IMG/VR virus record: IMGVR_UViG_3300037465_000050
Location: 1 to 58,281 of that record
Length of the DNA: 58,281 bases
Reading direction: 5' to 3' (one strand)
Source of the DNA: a virus
Taxonomy: Duplodnaviria > Caudoviricetes
Shown here: one piece after another, positions 44,743 to 54,656 of the stretch
Numbering within the stretch: position 1 is the first letter of the stretch
How the letters are laid out: each line of letters opens with the position of its first letter
Made by a program: the position numbers and the translations under genes
The notes under the pieces: generated by a model
What the model was told of the DNA's origin: nothing
What the model saw: the letters and a program-made list of their open reading frames with translations, nothing else
The model's database searches: none

Positions 44743-47700
44743 TCCGCGCCAAGTATATCAGCAACGTGTTCGACCCTGGCCGCAGCGCCGTCGAAGTGGT
44801 CGAGGTATTTCGCGACGGAATGGTCGCGGCTGATCTTGCTCCGCGCGGGTGGGATGGCCTGGCGCGCTACTTCTTAGGGCTGCGTGAGGTTCAGGCCGAT
44901 CATGCGCTATCTGACGGCGATGGGCTGGTCGTTGTGGCCGTTCCTGCAGGCTTCACAGTTCCGCAATTGCTCACGTACGTCGCGTTGTTAGCCTCGTCGT
45001 ACTTCATTTCCCGCGCGCTGATGCCGAAGCCGCCGCGCCAGCGCGACGACGCGACCAGCCCAACGTATGGATTCCAGGGCATCCGTACGAATCGAGTCGA
45101 AGGTGAGCCGATCCAGGCTTACTACGGCAAGATTCGAGCTGGCGGTCAGATCATCAACGAGTACGTCGAGTCACGCGGACAGCTCGGCAGCTTCTACAAT
45201 GCGCTGATCTCGTACGGCCACGGCCCAATCCGCTCGATCATGGGCCTAACGGCAGATACTCCGGTCGATACGCCGCTGAGGACGGGCAGCGGCACGAGCG
45301 AGATGCCGCGCGGGTATCTGTGGATCAACGAGATGGACGCCGCAGACATCGAAGGCGCAGAGGTCCATGTACGCCTCGGATCACTTGAGCAGGAGCCCGT
45401 GATCGGATTCGAGTTCACGTCTCAGACAATCACTATTGACAGCAGTATCAGAGGCCCAGTAGCAGCAGATGACGGCAGCCCGGAATGGGTCTTCGCTGGA
45501 TATAACCGTATTCCGCAGCTTGCAGACGACGGGATTACAAGCTCTGACGGGTTGTGGGAGGCTTACGGCGAATCGTACGACATGCAGGCCAGCGAGTTGG
45601 CTGATGAGTTCACCGTCGTCGTCGAGTTTCCGCTCGGCCTATCGAGGATCGACGACAACACCGGCGCAGTGCAGGACTGGTTTTCAGCTCTGGCTGTGCG
45701 CTACATCGAGCTAGACGGAAACGGTAATCCGATCACGACTGGCGGGCCGGAAGGCGACGGATACGTGCGGTTACGCGCATGGCCGACATTCACAGCAACA
45801 ATCCAGGTTCCATTCACGAACGAATGGCGCTTTCCTTTCTACGATCCGCAGCTCTACACATACACGACGCTTGGCAAGGTGTACCGTGCTTGGCACCTAC
45901 ACTCGGCGCTTCCAGATGCAGAAGCGTACGCTCAGCGCACTGAATTCCTTCCGACTCCACTACAGGAAGTCACTGACGGCACGCGAATGGGAGACTTCTC
46001 GCTGGAGTGCTGGGTCCAACTTCGACCGACAGATCCGCGCATCGTATCGACTGGCGGCAACGATCTTCCGGACACGGACCTGACGTCTCCATCCAGGCTT
46101 GTGCACTGGATGAAGACCACGCCCGGCGGGCAGCGTGGCGGCTTCGCTCTAGCATTCGACCTGCGCACGTTCACGGCTTCGCCTGGACACACGCGGCAGC
46201 GAATCGTCCCGGTGCTGCGCTTGTGCGATTCATCAGGTACAGAGTACGTCATCTTCGAGAAGCAGAACGAGCTGGGTTTACCATCGGGTGTCTTGCACCT
46301 GGCGGAGCAAGGAGATTCGGCCGGAGCGTATGCGCGCGCAGAGACGTGGAAGCAGGTGATCGTTACTTATAAGCGACACGCTATCGGTACGGTTGACCGT
46401 GCGCGCATTTACGTCGACGGCGTAATGTCGATCGAGGAGTACGGCGTATTCGATGTCGGGTTTCCTGCGGCAAGCACTGGTCCGCTCGTTGGGACGACGT
46501 TTTATCTCGGCCGCAATCCTAACAACTCGGCCCACAACTTCCACGGGTGGGCTGACGAGCTGGTGCTATGGTCTGGCGAGATGAACGCCGATGACGTACG
46601 GCGCGCATATGCTGGTGGGGCTGGTCGTCCTGCGCCGGCAAATCCTGTCCTGAACATAGACGGCAGCACGCGGTTGACTCGCGTCGTGCGTTGGTCGTTC
46701 GACTCTGGCGGTGGAACCGGAGGAGATCAGACAATCCCAGGCTTTGACGATTCGCAGGTCAACACCTATGCGCTGACCACGGTCTACGCTGGCAGTGCTC
46801 CGGCAGCCGCTGCGATGAGTGCGTGTCAGATGCAAGGATTCATCGATACGTTGGGGTCGACGAATACGCATAAGAAGGGGAGATACCGCGTCGAGGTCAT
46901 GCGCGGTCTTCGGAATCAGACGACCGCGAGCAAGCCGGATACGATGCGCTGGCGCAATCTGATCCTGCACACTAATGACCTGCTCGCGTACCCGGAGACT
47001 GCTCTAATAGGAGTAAAGATTCCAGCGTCGTCGCAGGTGAACGGCGCTCTGCCGAATATTACCGCGCTGATCGAAGGTCGCATTGTGAAGGTATGGGATC
47101 AAAACTCGGTAGAGAATCCGACCTTCCTGAATGAATACTCTGACAACCCAGCGTGGTGCGCTGTTGACTTGCTGTTATCTCCGACGTTCGGAATCGGATG
47201 GGCTGTCAAGAACCGCCATCTGATAGTGCAATCTTTCCAGGACGCGGCCGACTATTTCAACGAGCCGGTGTATGACCAGCGCGGCCGACGGCTGGAGTAC
47301 CCGTTGTGGTCGAACATGCGCTATTCGGCCACACTGATCTCCGGGCTATATCCAGGCATCGAGATCAGCATGTCGCTAGTCGATCTTCCGAAACACTGGA
47401 AGGTCGGAGGATTCATCGCATGGTACGGAACTCCTGCAATCACCGCCGGTGGCGGCCCGTTCCAGGATACGAACGTCGCCGACGCATCAGCTCCTGGAGG
47501 ATACGAGATCGCCAAGATTACAAAGTTGTTCACGGCTGCATTCGTGCAGGTGCGTTGGACTGGATCGCTTCCGCCTTGGAATGAAGGTCAGTATTTGTCG
47601 ACTCAGATTACTGGAGGGCTTGCTGGTACGATCGAGGGTCGCGAACGAAGGTTCGTCACATCGTGGGCGCTCGACTCGGCCGGATCTGCATGGGAAAAAC

Positions 47701-49811
47701 TGATCGAGCTGCTATTGCCTGCGCGCACGGTTCCTCGCCGCGTCGGATCGCAGATCAAGCTGATCGTCGATAGACCGAGGGATGCTATCGACCTAATCAC
47801 GCTTGCGCAGGTTGAGCCAGGATCGTTTCAGGTTGCGTACGAAAGTTCGCGCACGAAGGTAAACGCCATCGACGTTCAGTTCCTCGACGAGGACTTGAAC
47901 TTCGAGCGATCGTTAGTTCCGTACGAAGACCCGGAGATTCAGTCGTCAGCCGATTTGTCGAAGATCCGAAGGCGCAGCGTATCGATCGACTCGTGCTCGC
48001 GTCGAAGTCAGATTCTACGACACGCCATGTTCCTCGTACGGCGTGAGGCAGCTCAGAAACGCAGGATCAAACTACGCGGGTCGATGGATCTTATCGGATA
48101 CGAGCCCGGAGACGTAATCGTCGTTTCTCATGACGTGATGGCACGCGGCATCGGCGGACGGATTCTTGAAGACTCAGCAGACACAACACACGTGAAGCTG
48201 GATCGGTCGGTAACGATCGAGGCTGGCATTTCGTACAAGTTACTCGTGCGTCGAGCCTCAATGCATGATGGCGTTCCGCCGGAGTCAGCCGACGTCGATG
48301 AGGCAGCTACTGGAATCGGCGTACATCCGATCGGCGACACGATTACGCTAGCATCCCCGTTCGCGCGCGAGCCGGCAAAGAACGACGTATATATCTTCTA
48401 TGCAGTCGGGTCAGACTTGCAAGTTACTATCGACTCGATCACGACCACGCCAGATATGCGCCGCGAAATCGAGGCGTCCCAGTACGACGCGACCGTGTAC
48501 GACGTTGAAGGTATCGACATATCGCCAAACTTCGAAGATGAGTTCGATACAGAAGGACTTGCCACAGGGCGCGGATCTCCGCCAGGGGCTCCTCGATCCC
48601 TGCGAGTATCCGAGACGCGCGTTACCTCGGCTAGCGGCGGAACCGTTCCAGGTGCTGCGCTGTCCTGGGAACCGCCCGATAGCGAGTCGCCGATCGGAGG
48701 GTACGACGTCTATATCGGGCGCTCACGCGGGGGCTGGCGGCGGGCCGCGCGATCAGGTCCGGAAGAAACGCGCGCGATCGTTTCGCTTGAATCGTTCCCG
48801 GCTGGGGCGCGCGCCGATCTCTCCGTCGTCGCTGTGTCTCCGCTCGGAGCTGCGCGCGCTCCTGATTCCGGCGCGTTGGCATGGATGACTATATCCGCGC
48901 GCGAGGCCGCGCCACCGGCGCCGTCGTCGTTGTGGCCTTCGATGATCGGAGACCTTGCAACGTACAGGCTTGTATCTGGGTCGGCATCCAGAACAATCAC
49001 ACATCAGCTTCGCCGCGGCGGCTGGATTGTCGGACAGGTTATCGGATCGATCACGCACGGCGGCAGCGAACTAGGTCCTACATCGGACTGGGTAAGCGCA
49101 TCGAACTCGTTGACACAAACGGATGCGGCGCCGATCTACGCCAGAGCGCGATCCGATGGCGGCTCATGGAGCCACTACGCGCGGCAGGAATGGGCGCCGC
49201 GCGCTATCTCCAGTGCTAGCGTCTCCGATCTGACCGCCGACTACTCGGTAGCGTGGGAAGACTTTGGTGACGGCTGGCGATGGACTGGGCCTATTATTCC
49301 GAATACAACGCTCGACGGATTGCAGGTCGATTCGGACAATGTGATGAGGTTCTCTGGATCTGTGTTAACGGGAACGTATACAACTGCCGTCCCGGTTACA
49401 CTGAAAAACGGGATGGCAGAGCCATTCTACGTCTCAGCGTTCGCCGTCGCCGATCAAGTCTCTCCGGTAACTTGGGAAGAAAGCCCGGCAACATGGAACG
49501 AATCGCATCAGCACACCTGGGAAGGCGCTCTTGATGAAGTTGAAGACGGTCAAAACCAAGGCAGATGCACACTTACCATCCAGGTCAAGTACCTCGAAGG
49601 CGATATGGTCTGGTCTGACTGGCGCGACTACTCGCCGTCGCGCACGACCTGCGTCGCGGCGCAGTTCCGGATCGTCGTCACACGCCCGACGAGCGCGTGG
49701 GACGTGGTGATTTCGCGGTTCTCGACCGAGCTGCTCCGGGCTCCACAAGGGCGCTGGGAGGAATCCCCCTTGCAATCGTGGGCACGAGCGCGTGTCCTAA
49801 GAAGGGGCTAA
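44739..49811 (+). CDS. Central tail fibre / host specificity protein J (gpI-J fusion) with LamG insertion
   Basis: SPTYGF, GEPIQAYYGKIRAGG, YSDNPAW, FLDEDLNF, EPGDVI; LamG-like FSLECWV...IYVDG...LGR..FHGWADEL; FN3-like WEPP. Confidence 0.88.
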   Translation: MIRAKYISNVFDPGRSAVEVVEVFRDGMVAADLAPRGWDGLARYFLGLREVQADHALSDGDGLVVVAVPAGFTVPQLLTYVALLASSYFISRALMPKPPRQRDDATSPTYGFQGIRTNRVEGEPIQAYYGKIRAGGQIINEYVESRGQLGSFYNALISYGHGPIRSIMGLTADTPVDTPLRTGSGTSEMPRGYLWINEMDAADIEGAEVHVRLGSLEQEPVIGFEFTSQTITIDSSIRGPVAADDGSPEWVFAGYNRIPQLADDGITSSDGLWEAYGESYDMQASELADEFTVVVEFPLGLSRIDDNTGAVQDWFSALAVRYIELDGNGNPITTGGPEGDGYVRLRAWPTFTATIQVPFTNEWRFPFYDPQLYTYTTLGKVYRAWHLHSALPDAEAYAQRTEFLPTPLQEVTDGTRMGDFSLECWVQLRPTDPRIVSTGGNDLPDTDLTSPSRLVHWMKTTPGGQRGGFALAFDLRTFTASPGHTRQRIVPVLRLCDSSGTEYVIFEKQNELGLPSGVLHLAEQGDSAGAYARAETWKQVIVTYKRHAIGTVDRARIYVDGVMSIEEYGVFDVGFPAASTGPLVGTTFYLGRNPNNSAHNFHGWADELVLWSGEMNADDVRRAYAGGAGRPAPANPVLNIDGSTRLTRVVRWSFDSGGGTGGDQTIPGFDDSQVNTYALTTVYAGSAPAAAAMSACQMQGFIDTLGSTNTHKKGRYRVEVMRGLRNQTTASKPDTMRWRNLILHTNDLLAYPETALIGVKIPASSQVNGALPNITALIEGRIVKVWDQNSVENPTFLNEYSDNPAWCAVDLLLSPTFGIGWAVKNRHLIVQSFQDAADYFNEPVYDQRGRRLEYPLWSNMRYSATLISGLYPGIEISMSLVDLPKHWKVGGFIAWYGTPAITAGGGPFQDTNVADASAPGGYEIAKITKLFTAAFVQVRWTGSLPPWNEGQYLSTQITGGLAGTIEGRERRFVTSWALDSAGSAWEKLIELLLPARTVPRRVGSQIKLIVDRPRDAIDLITLAQVEPGSFQVAYESSRTKVNAIDVQFLDEDLNFERSLVPYEDPEIQSSADLSKIRRRSVSIDSCSRRSQILRHAMFLVRREAAQKRRIKLRGSMDLIGYEPGDVIVVSHDVMARGIGGRILEDSADTTHVKLDRSVTIEAGISYKLLVRRASMHDGVPPESADVDEAATGIGVHPIGDTITLASPFAREPAKNDVYIFYAVGSDLQVTIDSITTTPDMRREIEASQYDATVYDVEGIDISPNFEDEFDTEGLATGRGSPPGAPRSLRVSETRVTSASGGTVPGAALSWEPPDSESPIGGYDVYIGRSRGGWRRAARSGPEETRAIVSLESFPAGARADLSVVAVSPLGAARAPDSGALAWMTISAREAAPPAPSSLWPSMIGDLATYRLVSGSASRTITHQLRRGGWIVGQVIGSITHGGSELGPTSDWVSASNSLTQTDAAPIYARARSDGGSWSHYARQEWAPRAISSASVSDLTADYSVAWEDFGDGWRWTGPIIPNTTLDGLQVDSDNVMRFSGSVLTGTYTTAVPVTLKNGMAEPFYVSAFAVADQVSPVTWEESPATWNESHQHTWEGALDEVEDGQNQGRCTLTIQVKYLEGDMVWSDWRDYSPSRTTCVAAQFRIVVTRPTSAWDVVISRFSTELLRAPQGRWEESPLQSWARARVLRRG

Positions 49812-49814
49812 GGC

Positions 49815-50192
49815 ATGGCAACCGCAGTCGGGATGTTCGAGCTGCTATCCGGATCCGGCGACGCTACGACGGACGGTCGCCACGTCGACATTGCTGCGAC
49901 GGCGACTCCTGGAACGCTGCTTCACACCGCATCGATCGGAACCGACTACTGGGACATCATTACGATCGAGCTGGCGAACCGCGATACCGTCCAGAGGACT
50001 GTAACGATCGAATGGGGCGGAACTACAGCAGCCGATCAGCTGGTCTACACGTTACCAGCCGGACTCGGTGCGGTAGTTGCCATTGACCGCCGCAGGCTTC
50101 GAGATTCGCACGTTGTGCGCGCGTTCTCCGACTCGGCGAATAAGGTTTCGGCATACATCGAGGTCGATCGTTACAGGGCGCAGGTGACATGA
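49815..50192 (+). CDS. Tail-associated hypothetical protein
   Basis: Beta-rich ORF between gpJ and fibre gene. Confidence 0.65.
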   Translation: MATAVGMFELLSGSGDATTDGRHVDIAATATPGTLLHTASIGTDYWDIITIELANRDTVQRTVTIEWGGTTAADQLVYTLPAGLGAVVAIDRRRLRDSHVVRAFSDSANKVSAYIEVDRYRAQVT

Positions 50193-51907
50193 GCGGAGCC
50201 AAGAGATTTCTAACGATGATAGGGCTTGGCCGCGCGCTGCGTCTTACACCATCGTATGCAGGCGAGAACGGTCTGGAGATCGTCGAGGGCACTAGCGGAA
50301 ATGCTCCGGTGCTACAGCCGTTTGCGAACGGGTCCGATACCGATCTGAATCTGTACCTGTTCGGGCTCGGTGTAACCGGCAAGGTGTACGTCAACGGAAC
50401 TATTCCGGCTTCCGCAACGCATGCCACAACGCATGAAGACGGCGGCTCTGACCCATTAGACGTTACCGACCTTGCCGGATTCCCTGGCGGAGGTACGACA
50501 TTTCTTCGTGACGATGCGACCTGGGGAGTGCCTACGCCTGGAGCGCACGCCACGTCGCACCAGCATGGCGGATCGGACGAGATTGCGACGGCGACGGCTG
50601 GAGCCAACGCGATCCCGAAGGCTGGAGCTGGCGGCAAGCTCGCCGCAGGCTGGGTGCAGGAGGTACTCGCACTTGCGGACCTAACCGACGTGACCGCAAT
50701 CACCGGTGCTGGGACGGTCGTGGTGATGAGCGAAAGCCCGACGATCAACACGCCGACGCTGAATGCTCCGGCCATCGCCGACTTCACCAACGCGCAGCAT
50801 ACGCACGCCAGCGCGGGGCAGGGTGGGCAGCTTGGAACAAGCGCACTGTCCAACGATGCGGTGACGTACGCAAAGATTCAGAACGTCAGCGCCACGGATA
50901 AGGTGCTCGGGCGGGCATCAGGTGGTGCAGGCGACGTGGAGGAGATCGATTGCACGGCCGCCGGGCGCGCGCTACTGGACGATGCCGACGCTGCAGCGCA
51001 GAGGACGACCCTTGGCCTCGGCACGCTCTCCACGCAGAGCGGGACCGAAACCGACTACGTCAAGATCGACGGCACGCGCGCGATGACCGGCGCGTTCAAC
51101 GCTGGCGGGCTCGCATTGACGAACGTGCTCCAGATCAGCGGGATCAACGGCAGCGTCGTATTCGACCTGCTGAATACCGAAAGCTCGGTCAACTACTTGC
51201 GGGCCATGTCGCAGGCGGCCAGCGGCGGCCCGCGTCTCCAGACGATCGGCAGCGACACCGACATCGACCTGATCCTTGAAACGAAGGGCGCCGGTGTCGT
51301 CAAGACGCGCTACTCGGGCAGCGCGGTCGAGGTAGTGAACCTGTCGAAGGCGCAGAGCCTCACGAACAAGACCTTCGACTCGACAAGCACGATCCCGGCC
51401 GCCTCGATCACGAGCGGGACGATCGCAACGGCTCGGCTCGGCTCGGGCACCGCCGACAAGACGACCGTCCTTCGCGGCGACCAGACGTACGCGCCCGTGC
51501 AGATGGCGGTCTGGTTCTACGCCGTCGCCAGTGCGACCGCTACCTGGACCAACATGCCGGCCGCCGACACCTTGTTTCTCGGGAACGCCAGGCACATCAC
51601 GAAGGCCGACCTGACCTACTTCTCGCAGGTGCGGCTCTGCTGCAACAAGATCGGCACGGCGGCGCATGCCGGGGCCACGCTGCACCTGCGCTACCACACG
51701 GTATTCAGCTCAACCGTCAGCGACTTCGTCATCATCGGTTCGAGCGCGGTTTCCGTGGCAGTTGACGCATCGAACACGTACCTGGACTCAGGTTGGATCA
51801 ACCTCGTCTCCGGTGCCAAGGCCGACGTCTTCCTTGCCCTGGTCGGCAATGGCGGGAACGGCGCCGTAAACCCGCAGTTCGGGGCCACAGTTGCGTACTT
51901 TCGCTGA
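50189..51907 (+). CDS. Tail fibre protein
   Basis: HATTHEDGGSD/HATSHQHGGSD repeats, TFLRDDATW, AVTYAKIQNV, AQRTTLGLG, QSLTNKT, VLRGDQTY. Confidence 0.85.
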   Translation: MSGAKRFLTMIGLGRALRLTPSYAGENGLEIVEGTSGNAPVLQPFANGSDTDLNLYLFGLGVTGKVYVNGTIPASATHATTHEDGGSDPLDVTDLAGFPGGGTTFLRDDATWGVPTPGAHATSHQHGGSDEIATATAGANAIPKAGAGGKLAAGWVQEVLALADLTDVTAITGAGTVVVMSESPTINTPTLNAPAIADFTNAQHTHASAGQGGQLGTSALSNDAVTYAKIQNVSATDKVLGRASGGAGDVEEIDCTAAGRALLDDADAAAQRTTLGLGTLSTQSGTETDYVKIDGTRAMTGAFNAGGLALTNVLQISGINGSVVFDLLNTESSVNYLRAMSQAASGGPRLQTIGSDTDIDLILETKGAGVVKTRYSGSAVEVVNLSKAQSLTNKTFDSTSTIPAASITSGTIATARLGSGTADKTTVLRGDQTYAPVQMAVWFYAVASATATWTNMPAADTLFLGNARHITKADLTYFSQVRLCCNKIGTAAHAGATLHLRYHTVFSSTVSDFVIIGSSAVSVAVDASNTYLDSGWINLVSGAKADVFLALVGNGGNGAVNPQFGATVAYFR

Positions 51908-52102
51908 CGCGTCGGTCATGGTTCACCTAACGGACGGCGGCCTACGCCTTGTATTCTCGGGCAAGCACGCGGTAGCGTGCCTGTCGCGGCGAGTCAGGAG
52001 GGTTTCGTGATCCGCATGGGGGCCAACGCTATGCCTGCGACGATGATGTGGAGCTTCTCGGTGCACGTCGTCTGGGCCGAGGTGCCCAGCTGCTAAAATA
52101 TC

Positions 52103-52489
52103 ATGGCGACACGTACCTCGATCATCACGTCTCTCTCTGGACAAGATCGCGTATCCGATTCTCGGGTTGTCTTGAATGAGTCGATCACGAATCGGCATTC
52201 GCTCGATCGCGTCGATATTACGTTCGCGGACACGCCGTTCACCGCGCTCGTTACAGACCATGCCGTTATCGTCAACGGAGCTGGTGGCGCAGTCACTGTC
52301 AACCTGCCAGCTGCGGCCGACGCAGAGAACCTAGTCATCACGATCGTTGCGACTAGCATCGCTGGAGGAAACGTCACGATCGACGGCAGCGGCGCTGAAA
52401 CGATCGATGGCTCGGCGACTAAGGTGCTCTCTTCCGCATACACGCCAGCGCGACTGTTCAGCAATGGGACGGAGTGGATTTCTGTATGA
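52103..52489 (+). CDS. Tail fibre-associated small protein
   Basis: AVTVNLPAA, NVTIDGSGAETIDG, SNGTEW fibre-type motifs. Confidence 0.65.
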   Translation: MATRTSIITSLSGQDRVSDSRVVLNESITNRHSLDRVDITFADTPFTALVTDHAVIVNGAGGAVTVNLPAAADAENLVITIVATSIAGGNVTIDGSGAETIDGSATKVLSSAYTPARLFSNGTEWISV

Positions 52490-52994
52490 CCAGTCCCGCT
52501 ACCAGTCCCGCTATGCGCTGGGCCGAACGCTTCGCGGCGTACCTGCTTCTGGTCGCCCTGCTTGTCGTGCTCTGGGTTGCATGCACGTCCTGCGAAGCGG
52601 TAACGCCGGATGAGTTCCGCGCTGACTACGGGCGCGGGATCGGCTCGCTCGCCACGACGGGCGGGCGCGGGATCGAGCTGGACGACGAGACCCAGTGGGC
52701 GTCGGTCGGCTTCACCTGGCACCTGAGCCAGCGGGAGGTCGTATACGCGCCGCAGCCCGTGCCGCGTGACCTGTGGCCGCTGCCTGAACCGCGCGGCGAA
52801 GATGTGCCCTGGGAGCTGCCCGAGACGACGCCGTTCCCGGACGCGCCAGTGCCAGAGCCGGAGCCGAGTTCTGGGTCGCGCTCGGCACGCTCGTTACCGC
52901 CATCGCCACCTACATCCAGCGGCAGACGATCTTGCAAGGCGTCGGCGCACTCAAGCGCCGCTTCACGAAGGACGAAACTCCATGCGATACCTGA
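52486..52994 (+). CDS. Membrane/lipoprotein (u-spanin-like topology), apparently frameshifted near 52865
   Basis: N-terminal TM plus ACTSC; the -1 frame encodes EFWVALGTLVTAIATYIQRQ...DT* ending at the next gene start. Confidence 0.5.
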
Positions 52995-53272
52995 TCCTGG
53001 CTCTTTTCTGCTCATCGTGCCTCGCCACAACGAGCGATCTGCGCGACATGGCCGACGCGCTCCGCAAGGACGGTAAGGAGTCCGCCGCGAAGATCGTCGA
53101 CGCCAAGGCCGAGGAGATCGAGGAGCGCGCCGCCAGCATGGCGAATGATCTCACGGACCCGATGAACCTGCTCAACATCGGGCTCGCGGCGCTGCTCGGC
53201 GGCGCCGGCGTGAACTTCCACCGCAACCGCACGCGCAAGCGGGCGCTCGCCGGGCTGGCGGCGAAGACGTGA
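52982..53272 (+). CDS. Putative lipoprotein with C-terminal TM segment (lysis-region protein)
   Basis: MRYLILALFCSSC signal; helical middle; LLNIGLAALLGGAGV then basic tail; AAGGA SD. Confidence 0.65.
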   Translation: MRYLILALFCSSCLATTSDLRDMADALRKDGKESAAKIVDAKAEEIEERAASMANDLTDPMNLLNIGLAALLGGAGVNFHRNRTRKRALAGLAAKT

Positions 53273-53748
53273 TGAGCCTCGCTGGGCTCATCGTGCTGGC
53301 TGGCGGGCTGACCGACTCCAGCGCGACGTTCGCGCTGCCGGATCCGCCGCCCTGGGCGCGGTCGGTCGAGATGTACGTCACGCACACGCTATCGGTGCGC
53401 TTCGCCTGGGAGGCGTGGGGCGAGCACGCCACCTGGGAGTCGTGGGCGCGGGTCGTCGGGGGTTGGGACTTGGGCCAGATCCACGATCGCGCCAGCGCCC
53501 AGACGCAGCAGCAGGGCGTGTGTCATGCCCCGGACGGGGCACTGGACTTCTCCGACGGCGAGGTTGCATTCGACCGCGTCTCGACCGGGAGCGGCTCGAT
53601 GTCGCTCCAGCCGAGCTACACGCTGACGACCCGCGCGCGGTCGTGGTGGACGCAGACGACCACGGTGAGTCCCCCGGGCTGGGGCCAGCTTGCCTGGCTG
53701 CACGAGACGCGCTGGAGCGCCATCGTCGAGTACCTATGGAGGCCCTAA
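53269..53748 (+). CDS. Hypothetical protein, distant choice-of-anchor-E-like motif
   Basis: GTGA coupling; PDGALDFSDG resembles the FDGVxDF motif of 15706-17052. Confidence 0.55.
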   Translation: MMSLAGLIVLAGGLTDSSATFALPDPPPWARSVEMYVTHTLSVRFAWEAWGEHATWESWARVVGGWDLGQIHDRASAQTQQQGVCHAPDGALDFSDGEVAFDRVSTGSGSMSLQPSYTLTTRARSWWTQTTTVSPPGWGQLAWLHETRWSAIVEYLWRP

Positions 53749-53749
53749 G

Positions 53750-53953
53750 ATGAAACTCTGCTTCTGGAGGAAGCCGAAGTACAGGATCGAGACGTTCACC
53801 GGCGCAGCCGGTAGCCCGTGTTGGCGCATCGTGAGCGCGGTCAACGGACAGATCCTTGCACACAGCGAGAGCTACTCCGATGCCGCCAAGCGCGACCAGA
53901 CAGCTACAGCTGTGGCCCGTGATGCGGGTTGGGAGATTCGCAAGGAATCCTGA
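53750..53953 (+). CDS. YegP/DUF1508-like protein
   Basis: WRIVSAVNGQILAHSESYS; GGAGG SD. Confidence 0.75.
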   Translation: MKLCFWRKPKYRIETFTGAAGSPCWRIVSAVNGQILAHSESYSDAAKRDQTATAVARDAGWEIRKES

Positions 53954-54000
53954 CCCGCTGCGCGCTCCCGGGCTCGGAATCCACCGGGGGCGGCGCGAAC

Positions 54001-54345
54001 ATGGCGCGCAACATGGAACAGCGACTTGAACGCCTCGAAGAGACCGACCGCCAGCTTGCCTTGCAGCTCGCGGAGACCGCGCAGACGCTCGCGCTGATCC
54101 AGCAGCGCCTGGAGCTGCTCTACGAGCGCGCCGAGGAGACGCACTCCCGGCAGGACGCCTCCATCCTGAAGCTCGACGCGGTCGTCCTGGGCACGCACGA
54201 CAAGGACGGCCTGCATGTCCGCGTGGACCGTATCGAGAACGCCATCCTGTTCTTGCGCTGGATCTTCGGCGGCGGGCTGGTCGCAGCCGGGACCACAATT
54301 GCCTTCCTGTGGCGGATCATGGACCAGCTGGGCAATACTCCGTGA
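54001..54345 (+). CDS. XhlA-like holin candidate
   Basis: Coiled coil EQRLERLE..., GLHVRVDRIE, then a single C-terminal TM segment. Confidence 0.55.
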   Translation: MARNMEQRLERLEETDRQLALQLAETAQTLALIQQRLELLYERAEETHSRQDASILKLDAVVLGTHDKDGLHVRVDRIENAILFLRWIFGGGLVAAGTTIAFLWRIMDQLGNTP

Positions 54346-54623
54346 CAGCTTTCGCGCACGACGACTGGATGACGCTAGGCCGAATTGTCGTCGCTCACGG
54401 CGGAGTCATCATCACGGCGCGCGATGCGCGAACAGTGGACCTCGTGCGCGTCCGCCGCCTGGAGCTGGCTGGCCTAGTCTCGTCGCGCTGGGTCGGGCCT
54501 GCGCAGGCCTGGGCGCTGCGCCCGACGCGGGCCGGCCGGCGGGCCTGGAAATTATGGCTGGCATGGCAGGCAGAGGAGATCGCCGATGCCGTCCGGGCGG
54601 CCTGGGCGCGGCATCCAGCCTAG
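54342..54623 (+). CDS. Small winged-helix-like protein
   Basis: RVRRLELAGLV...WALRPTRAGR; GTGA coupling. Confidence 0.5.
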   Translation: MTAFAHDDWMTLGRIVVAHGGVIITARDARTVDLVRVRRLELAGLVSSRWVGPAQAWALRPTRAGRRAWKLWLAWQAEEIADAVRAAWARHPA

Positions 54624-54656
54624 CCGTCTGGCAGGCGCCTAGGGCGCGTCCGGCTG

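Noticed and set aside
51908-52102. ncRNA or small gene after the tail fibre
   Set aside because: Only a 30-codon ORF without a clear SD and weak hairpins; cannot be supported
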